Assembly (NCBI RefSeq): GCF_001194135.2
Contig: NC_068987.1
Location: 103,472,663 to 103,516,785 of the forward strand
Direction: 5' to 3'
Length of the DNA stretch: 44,123 bases
From: Octopus bimaculoides
Lineage: Eukaryota
This document shows, piece by piece, positions 35,481-44,123 of this stretch. The translations under genes were made by a program, and so were the position numbers. Each line of letters starts with the position of its first letter. Position 1 is the stretch's first letter. The notes under the pieces were generated by a model that was given only the letters and a program-made list of their open reading frames with translations, was not told where the DNA came from and did not search any database.

Positions 35481-35875
35481 ATATATATATATTTAGGTAT
35501 GAACATATACATATAGACATGTGTGTGTGTGCTAAGGCCAATGACCGAGCAATTTCACTCATGATCGCAAGGTCGTGGTTTCGGTTTCTGGACTGGGTGC
35601 TACATTGAGTTCATGAGCAGGAGACTTCACTTTCCGATGTTTCAATCTACTCAGTTGTGAATGAGTAACCCTGCACGAACCGGCGTCCTGTTCAGAGATG
35701 AAGTCTTGATCTCGGTCAATTATACGCCACGGAAACCGGGTGACCGGCCCTGAGTCCTAGCACTCGAGATACATGTATACATTTTTGTATATATCTATAT
35801 ATATTCTGTATTAGGTTATACGCTAATATTGTTGCAGATAGTTATATGTTATATCATAACATGTCTATTTCAATA

Positions 35876-36545
35876 TTCTTTTCTACTCTTTTACTCTAGG
35901 CACAAGGCCCGAAATTTTGGGGGAGAGGGCCAGTCGATTAGAACAACCCCAGTACACAATTGGTACTTAATTTATCGACCCCCGAAAGGATGAAAGAATG
36001 AAAGGCAAAGGCGACCTCGGTGGTATGTGAACTCAGAACGAAAAGATAGACGAAATACCGCAAAGCATTTCGGCCGGTGTTCTAACATTTCTGCCAGCTC
36101 GCTGCCTTATGTCTTTTTCAATATTACTACAGTATAATTAAAGCTGACGACCGGGCAGAATCGTTAGCGCTCCGGGAAAAATGCTTAGCTGTATTTCGTC
36201 TGTTTTTGCATTCTGAATTCAAATTCTGCCGAGACCGATTATGCCTTTCATCCCATCGGGTTCGATAAAATAAGTACCAGTCTAGTGCTTACATCGATTT
36301 AACCCCTCTCCGGAAATTGCTGGCCTTGTGCCAACATTTGAAACCAATATTATAACGGCGTCATTAAAGGCGGCGAGCTGGTGGAACTGTTAGCCCGACG
36401 GGCTTAATGGCATTCAGTCGTCTTTATGTTCTGAGTTCAAATTCCGCCGAGTGCGATTTTGCCTTTCATCCTTTCGGGGTCGATAAAATAAGTACCAGTC
36501 GAGTACTGATTCCAATTTTATCGATTTACCCCATCCTTCGAAACT
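35876..36545. mobile_element. Group A SINEs: minus copy 35876-36108, plus copies 36140-36345 and 36366-36545
   Basis: Heads are at about 36090-36108 (minus), 36145 (plus) and 36368 (plus). Confidence 0.85.
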
Positions 36546-36847
36546 ACTTGCTTCCAATATTATGATACCTACATAACTGTGTTTATAATGTCACAGCACA
36601 GCTTACAGCAACGCTCACTACACTATTTACTGTATTCCTTAGTATTCAACGGCGTTCAGTGCTGCTGTTTGCCAGGTGCACGTCTGCACGTCTGCATGCA
36701 ACTAACTGTATATGTGTGGCAGCAGTGGAGACGATAGTTATTCATGACAATGTTTCTTTGTATAAGCAATTGTATATGTGTACATGAGAATACACGTATA
36801 ATTATGTATGAACGAGTGTATTTGAGTCATATATATACAGCTAAATG

Positions 36848-36898
<51 letters not shown>

Positions 36899-37002
36899 CC
36901 TTATGTATGTAAATATATGCTAAGATATATATATTTACATATTTACAAACACGCAGACACACATACACACACTCACACACTTATATATATGCATACATAC
37001 AA

Positions 37003-37066
<64 letters not shown>

Positions 37067-37192
37067 NNNNNNNNNNNNNNNNNNNNNNNNNNNNNNNNNN
37101 NNNNNNNNNNNNNNNNNNNNNNNNNNNNNNNNNNNNNNNNNNNAGAGAGAGAGATAGAGACAGACAGACAGAGAGAGAGAGAAAGAGAAAGA

Positions 37193-37545
37193 GACGCAGG
37201 AGTGGCTGTGCGGTAAGAAGCTTGCTTCCCAATCACATGGTTCCGGGTTCAGTTCCAGTGCGTGGCATCTTTTCTCCTATATCCTCGAAACGACCACAGC
37301 CTCGTGACTGGACTTGGTACGCAGAAACTGTATATATGCATTTGTGTGTCTGTGTTCGTCTCCTCACCAGCGCATGACAACCGATGCTGGTTTGTTTACG
37401 CCCCCGTAAAGTAGCAGTTAGGCCTTTAGAGACCGATACAATAAGTACTAGGCTTATACGAGATAAGTCCTGGAGTCGATTTATTCGACTAAAAGGCGGG
37501 TGCTCTAGCACGGCCGCTGTCAAATGACTAAGACAAGTAAAAGGG
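37193..37545 (+). mobile_element. Group B SINE
   Basis: GCAGGAGTGGCTGTGCGGTAAGAAGCTTGCTTCCCAATCACATGGTTCCGGGTTCAGTTCCAGTGCGTGGCA...tcaaatgactaagacaagtaaaag. A second decayed plus-strand copy is at about 38375-38715. Confidence 0.85.
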
Positions 37546-37547
37546 TG

Positions 37548-37601
<54 letters not shown>

Positions 37602-37799
37602 CTTAAACTTTTTTAATATGACTATGAAATATATTTAAGTTTAAATGTATCTGTCCTCATAAGCAAATATTTTTGTCCGAGTGAGTATATGTTTGTGTGA
37701 ATCTTTGTGCATGTATACGCTGTTTGATTATATATGTGATTGTTTCTTTCTTTGTATATACATATATATGTATGTTTTTTCTTTATATATTTCGTGGAA

Positions 37800-38110
37800 G
37801 AGTCTGTGTGCCTGTGGACTCTACAGGCCGTTCCCAGATGGGTGAAATTGTCATAGTTTATGTAACACCTAAGGTGTTAAGTAACGATGGCTGCAGGGCA
37901 AAAAAAAATAGGCTGGGGATGAGAATTCCAAAGGGTCGATAATCTAGGTAGAAAGAAAGTGGGCTTAATGGTTAATAAGCATGCTTTAGAGGGAGGTTGT
38001 AGAATGGGTAACGAGAGGATGTGCGACGAATGCACTGGAAACGCCTGAAGGGTAGTGGTACGTGGCAAGTTCCAGTAAAAACTTAGCTGCCGAAGAAATA
38101 AGTTACGTTG
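37800..38110 (-). mobile_element. Decayed CR1/L2/Jockey-group LINE 3' ORF fragment
   Basis: Minus ORF 37877-38125 contains SSHILSLPI...TFFLPRLSTLWNSHPQPIF, resembling the terminal SFFPRTSTLWNSLP motif. Confidence 0.5.
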
Positions 38111-38316
38111 ACGCAAACACATCAACTCCAGTTATCAAGTAGTGGTAGTGGGGACAAATACAGACGTACAGACACACTCACACACACACACACACACACA
38201 CACATCACATGTATATTTATACAGGTATACACACACATACACATGTGTGTATGCGTGTGTATACCTATATATATATATACATATATATAATACTCGTGCG
38301 CCCTCACTCACACACA

Positions 38317-38355
<39 letters not shown>

Positions 38356-38452
38356 ACACACAAGCATGTACGTGATTAAGAATTTCGTTCCGAAACCACA
38401 TGGTCTCGGATTCATTTCTTTGTTCATACTGCTTGTGTGTTTCTGTGTGTAA

Positions 38453-38511
<59 letters not shown>

Positions 38512-38832
38512 GTGCATGTGTGTCTGTTTGCATGCCTCTTTTTGTCACTTATCGGTTGACCACCGGTGTTGGTTTATTTGTGACAATGTAATTTAGCAGT
38601 TCAGCATTTGTAAAAATAATATGTCCTGGAATCGATTTGAACCACTAAATCATTCAAGACGGTGCTCAGCATAGCTGCGGTCCAACAGCTGGGACATCTA
38701 AAGAATAAAAGAAAAGAGTATAGACAGACAGACAGAGAGACAGACAGACAGACGGACGGATGGATGCATAGATGGATGCATGGATGGATGCATGGATGGA
38801 TGCATGGATACATAGGTAGATAGATAGATACA

Positions 38833-38866
<34 letters not shown>

Positions 38867-38876
38867 CACACATAGG

Positions 38877-38928
<52 letters not shown>

Positions 38929-39449
38929 ACGCTGTTACACCACCTTACATTTCAATATGTATTACAGATATACTGTATCGTAACCATGTGCATCAAAACA
39001 CTGTTACGGTATTACGGCCAGTAACCGGTGTATAATGTGGCTGTGCGCATTACTTATGACGCTATTCACTATACAGACTGGTGCAGGTTGTCAGGTGCAT
39101 ATCTGCATGCAGCCAACTGTGTAAGGGTATATCAAGTGCAGACGGTAAATGTTCGTGTCAAAGCCTGTCCCTATGAACGAACTTGCGTGTGCTGTTGTGC
39201 ATGTGTAAATTTCTTAGCATGTATGTGTGTGTGTGTGAGTATATAGCTATGTGAGCGCGTAAGTACAGGCATGTGTTAGTATTTCGATATGTTTATGTGG
39301 AAGTGAGTATGAGTGATGCCTGAATGTGTATAGTGTTTTGTCTCGCTGTTGACGATTCGGCAGTGTAGAATTCTTTGCGGTTTTAGTTTAACACTACATT
39401 TCCGAGTTCAAATCATGCCGACGGCGACATTGCCGTTCATTCTTATTCT

Positions 39450-40143
39450 TTTTACTTGTTTTAGTCATTGGACAGCTGCCATGCAGGGGCACCGCCTTGA
39501 GGGGGTTGGCCGAACAACCGACCACTACTAATTCATTTAAATCTGGTACTTATTCTATCGATACCTTTGACCGAACTGCAAACTTACGGGAACGTGTACA
39601 AAAAATGGAATAATATGGAATCTCAACTCTAACGTTAAAACACTTTTGTTGAGATATTTTTGTCTCTAAACCAGTCGTACATTCAAAAGCAACACACACG
39701 CATGCACAGGCACATGCACGAAAACAGGCACGCACACAAACCGTTATATTCTTTCATTCTTTTCCTTGTTTAAGTCATTTAACTGCGGCCATGATGGAGC
39801 ACCGCCTTTAGTCGAGCAAGTCGATCCCAGCATTTATTCTTTGTAAGCCTGGTGCTTATTCTCACCAGGCTCTTTTGCCGAACCGCTAAGTTACGGAGAC
39901 ATAAACAGACCAGCTTCGGTTGTCAAGCGATGTTGGGGGTGGGACAAACACACACACACACACACACATACGCACATCACGATAGGCTTCTTTTAGTTTC
40001 CATCTACCAAATCCACTGACAAGGCTTTGGTCGGCCCGAGGCTATAGTAGAAGACACCTGCCCAAGGCGTCACGCAGTGGGACTCAACTCGGAACCATGT
40101 GGTTGGTAGGCAAGATACTAACCACACAGCCACTCCTGCGCCT
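39450..40143 (-). mobile_element. Two tandem group B SINEs (39450-39735 decayed; 39748-40143 near full-length)
   Basis: The head is the reverse complement of accacacagccactcctgcgcc; the tail is ttttccttgtttaagtcatttaactgcggccatg; there is an internal (CA)n. Confidence 0.9.
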
Positions 40144-40919
40144 ATATGTATATTATTTGTTGTGGAATTCTCTCATGCAATTGCTGTTTTCTCAACTAAT
40201 ATTTTTTCTACCTAGTTCTTTTATTTTGTTTTGTAATGTGCTGCGATAGTTCTTTCAGTTCATGAGAAACTGTTGTATGTGTTTGTCCCATATAAGTGTT
40301 AGTGTCATGAAATTCGTAGCGTTCATATCTACAGTAATTATTAATTATTAAATGAATAAGAAAAGATCAGAAGTTATGTAATCATTTATTAATGAAATAC
40401 AGATACATGTACATTAAGTATAATTGATGCAAATTTATTAATACTGCACTGTGCAGGATTCCGGTAAACTAGTCTGTCGGCAGCGGGGATTTGAAGTTCC
40501 TGCTCGTAAATTAGAGCCGATTATAAGAGGACTCGGAACATCACTCCGGAAAGTCGGTGTTGTCCCTGTATAAACGTCATTTGCACAACTGGTATAGCCA
40601 AAAGAACTTCATCAAATTCAGAATTCACCCAATGCTGGGGTCACGTTCCATACATACATGCATGCATGCATACATACATACATACATACATACATACATA
40701 CATGCATACATACATACATACATACGTACACACACAGACACACATACATACAATAAAACACAATGAGATAGAAGAATAATACAGCGGAAGAAACAAATAT
40801 ATAGTGTATGATTGAGTTATTTTTCAGTCTTTATTTCTGATTTCTGCAGTCGTAAATATATATTGAAGCTAACGTATATTAGCATTAACACGTATATATC
40901 CAAACTATTTGGAATATTC

Positions 40920-41306
40920 CTCTATTCTTTTATTCTTTTATTTGCTTCAGTCATTCGACTGTGGCCATGCTGGAGTATCACCTTAAAGGGTTTTTAGCCG
41001 AAGAAATTGACCCCAGGACTTATTCTATCGACGTCTTTTGCCGAATCGCTAAGTTAGGGAATGCAAACACACCAACATCGGTTGCCAAGCGATGGTCGCT
41101 AGACAAACACAGACATAAAGACACACGCATAAATACATATATATTTATAGCGAGAAACGGGCTTCTTTCAGTTTCCGTATCCCAAATTCACTCGCCGGGC
41201 TTTGGGTCGGCCTGCGGCTATAGTAGAAGGTGCCAGGCAGTGAGAGTGAACACGGAACCATGTGGTTGGGAAGCAAACTTCTTACCACACAGCCACACCT
41301 CCGCCT
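40920..41306 (-). mobile_element. Group B SINE
   Basis: cagtcattcgactgtggccatgctggag...ccgaatcgctaagtt...cacacagccacacctccgcct. Confidence 0.85.
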
Positions 41307-42036
41307 ATATATAAATAATATTTACATATAAGCTACCAAGCTATGTCATGATGCACGTTTGAAATGCTATGTCACGCTGTACATTTAAAAATACCTTTAT
41401 TTGCATGTTATGTGTGTGCATGATGTGAGCGTGTGTGCATTCAGGTACATTATGCTGCATGTGCAGCTATAGAAAACTTTATTGCACCGATATTGCATTC
41501 TGCCTTATTTCAACTAGTGCACCGACGTGCAGATGACGTCACAGATGCGAGAGCAGAGTGACTGCACCTAGAATGCATGGCATTCTCTTGTGGGCGTGTA
41601 ATGGAATTTCTAAGTGTGTTTCCTGTCTTTGCACCAAAAATGTGCAGCTACCAACGCCACCACCTTTTCTTTTATCTTGCTCACGTCAGTCTGTCTGTGT
41701 GTTTGCCTCGTGTATGACACTGAGTGCATCGCAGCGAGTGCAGCAGCTACCTTTGTCGGATATTATATAACATGCACTCTGACAAAAATAATATGTTTAT
41801 ACACGCATACATACAAATGCGTGCGGACGCATATTTATAGGTACATGAGTGAGTGTGTGTATGTGTGTGTGTGTGCGTGTGTGTGTGTGTGTTTGTATAC
41901 AAATGTGCATTGATTATATATATACGCATACACATATACATACATACACATATACATACATATACATATACATACACACACATACATGTATATATATATA
42001 TTTATATTTGTATTTGTATAGGCATATCTATCAATC

Positions 42037-42069
<33 letters not shown>

Positions 42070-42076
42070 GAAAATT

Positions 42077-42119
<43 letters not shown>

Positions 42120-42288
42120 ATATATCCATACATACATATATATACATAAATCTATATGCAGAGATATGAGAAGAATTATACGTTTATGCGCATACGTATT
42201 TGTGTGATTATGTTTGCGTTTGTGTACAGATGTACGTTGATTATATATATGCATATATATCTATTTATATGTGTACATGTGTGTCTGC

Positions 42289-42325
<37 letters not shown>

Positions 42326-43064
42326 CATATATATCTATACATATATATCTATACATATATATANNNNNNNNNNNNNNNNNNNNNNNNNNNNNNNNNNNNN
42401 NNNNNNNNNNNNNNNNNNNNNNNNNNNNNNNNNNNNNNNNNNNNNNNNNNNNNNNNNNNNNNNNNNNNNNNNNNNNNNNNNNNNNNNNNNNNNNNNNNNN
42501 NNNNNNNNNNNNNNNNNNNNNNNNNNNNNNNNNNNNNNNNNNNNNNNNNNNNNNNNNNNNNNNNNNNNNNNNNNNNNNNNNNNNNNNNNNNNNNNNNNNN
42601 NNNNNNNNNNNNNNNNNNNNNNNNNNNNNNNNNNNNNNNNNNNNNNNNNNNNNNNNNNNNNNNNNNNNNNNNNNNNNNCACACACACATACACACACACA
42701 CACACACATCTAAACATTAAATGTGAAGGTAATAAAAGAAAAGAGAAAAGAGAAAGCATATAAGATATGAGTGCGTAAGAGAGCAATAAGAGAGAGTGAG
42801 AGAGTGAGAGAGAGAGAGTGAGAGAGAGTGAGAGAGAGTGAGAGAGAGTGAGAGAGAGTGAGAGTGAAGAGATACTAATGAGGGAGACGGAGAGAGAGGC
42901 AAGTGAGTGAAAGACAAATATACAAGATTCAATCAGGCATTGAATTTTTTAAGAAAAGAAGATAGAGGTATAAAGAGGAAGATGAGAATATGAATGAGAG
43001 ACTGGTAGAAGTGAAAGTGAACGATATCTCTCTCTCCCTTTTTGTCTCACTCTCACTTCCACCC

Positions 43065-43139
<75 letters not shown>

Positions 43140-43337
43140 GGGATGTTGTAGTAAAAGGATAAATGGGATACGCAAAAAGAGGGAAGAGAATTGTGAAGAA
43201 TGGGACAAAGAAGTGAAGACATGAGGCCGATGGGAAAGTTTCGGATAAATTTGAAATGATAGACAAACGAAGAATATAATTTGATCGATACAAAGATAGA
43301 AAGAGAGAGAAAAAGAGGGAGAGAAAGAGAGAGAGAC

Positions 43338-43390
<53 letters not shown>

Positions 43391-43429
43391 TAGATAGATA
43401 GATACACACGTACATCATGCAAGCATACA

Positions 43430-43630
43430 TAGGCCGCGAGCTGGCAGAAACGTTAGCACGCCAGGCGAAATGCTTAGCGGTATTTCGTCTGGCGCTACGT
43501 TATGAGTTCACTTTCCGCCGAGGTCGACTTTGCCTTTTATCCTTTTGGGATCGATGAAATAACTACTGGTTACGCGCTGGGGTCGATATAATTTCCCACA
43601 AAATTTCCAAGGCCTTGTGCCTAGAGTAGC
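43430..43630 (+). mobile_element. Group A SINE (AGTAG-type tail)
   Basis: ggccgcgagctggcagaaacgttagcacgccaggcgaaatgcttagcgg...ggccttgtgcctagagtagc. Confidence 0.88.
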
Positions 43631-43635
43631 AATAA

Positions 43636-43930
43636 TCTTGATATATAAAACTGAGAATGTGAGTCTGTCTGTGTGAATTCCTAAAACTCGAGAACTACAC
43701 AACCGATTTCATTCAAATTTTACCTTACTGCCTTTTTGTCTTACTTACGGTACATGCAATGACATGGGACCAAAAATTATTTTCAATTTCTCGCCTAATG
43801 CGAGCTCGGAGGAATCTGTTATCTCTTACACTATTTTAAATTGTGTCAAAAGTGAAACATATCTGTCGTAATGTGAGATACTTTCAGTCTAATAGTTTCT
43901 CTATTAATACTGAAACTGTTAAAATGACAC
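43636..43930 (+). mobile_element. Possible non-autonomous Helitron/HINE 5' fragment
   Basis: A|TCTTGATATATAAAACTGAGAATGTGAGTCTGTCTGTG...AACTACACAACCGATTTCATTCAAATTTTAC resembles Helitron 5' ends. I found no CTAG 3' end. Confidence 0.4.
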
Positions 43931-44068
43931 TATTATTTCACAAGCATAGATACATATATTATGTATATATATCACAAATGTATGTGTGAGTGTATATATA
44001 TTTATATATGCATAGATATGTATATGTATATATTTATATATTTATATATGCATATATATATATATGTG

Positions 44069-44123
<55 letters not shown>

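Larger units (their letters stand above)
1..44123. repeat. Window-wide microsatellite load: (TA)n, (CA/TG)n, (AG/TC)n, (TACA)n, (TAGA)n, (CAGA)n, (TAA)n, often compound
   Basis: Examples: 1-100, 2062-2111, 2996-3160, 7130-7345, 8230-8770, 14220-14300, 21560-21620, 23370-23740, 31655-31975, 32520-32790, 36848-37190, 38720-38925, 41850-43400, 43980-44123. Confidence 0.98.

Noticed and set aside
41534-41541. Perfect CRE palindrome TGACGTCA (also 30256-30263)
   Set aside because: Isolated 8-mers with no supported promoter or transcription start nearby.

Overview
Non-coding, AT-rich, microsatellite-saturated eukaryotic DNA from a gapped short-read scaffold (11 N-runs). The repeat content (three tRNA-derived SINE groups, Tc1/mariner relics, RTE and REL-endonuclease LINE fragments, very dense (CA)/(TA)/(TACA)/(TAA)/(AG) arrays) resembles octopus genomic DNA. 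That assignment is inferred from remembered repeat sequences, not from a search. I found no host protein-coding gene I can support: almost all listed ORFs are microsatellite or N-gap artefacts, or pieces of decayed transposons. Best observations: (1) a type I hammerhead ribozyme with a complete catalytic core and an unusually long stem II (minus strand, 5472-5598), with one near-intact and several decayed relatives; (2) REL-endonuclease retrotransposon fragments sitting in (TAA)n and (TACA)n arrays; (3) a 403-bp Tc1 deletion derivative with an in-frame 53-codon N-terminus/C-terminus transposase fusion; (4) a 19-bp minisatellite amplified inside a mariner transposase; (5) a perfect 92-bp-arm palindrome; (6) modular, tandem and inverted SINE clusters with a switch in strand polarity near 29 kb. 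Element boundaries are read by eye and are approximate unless stated as exact.
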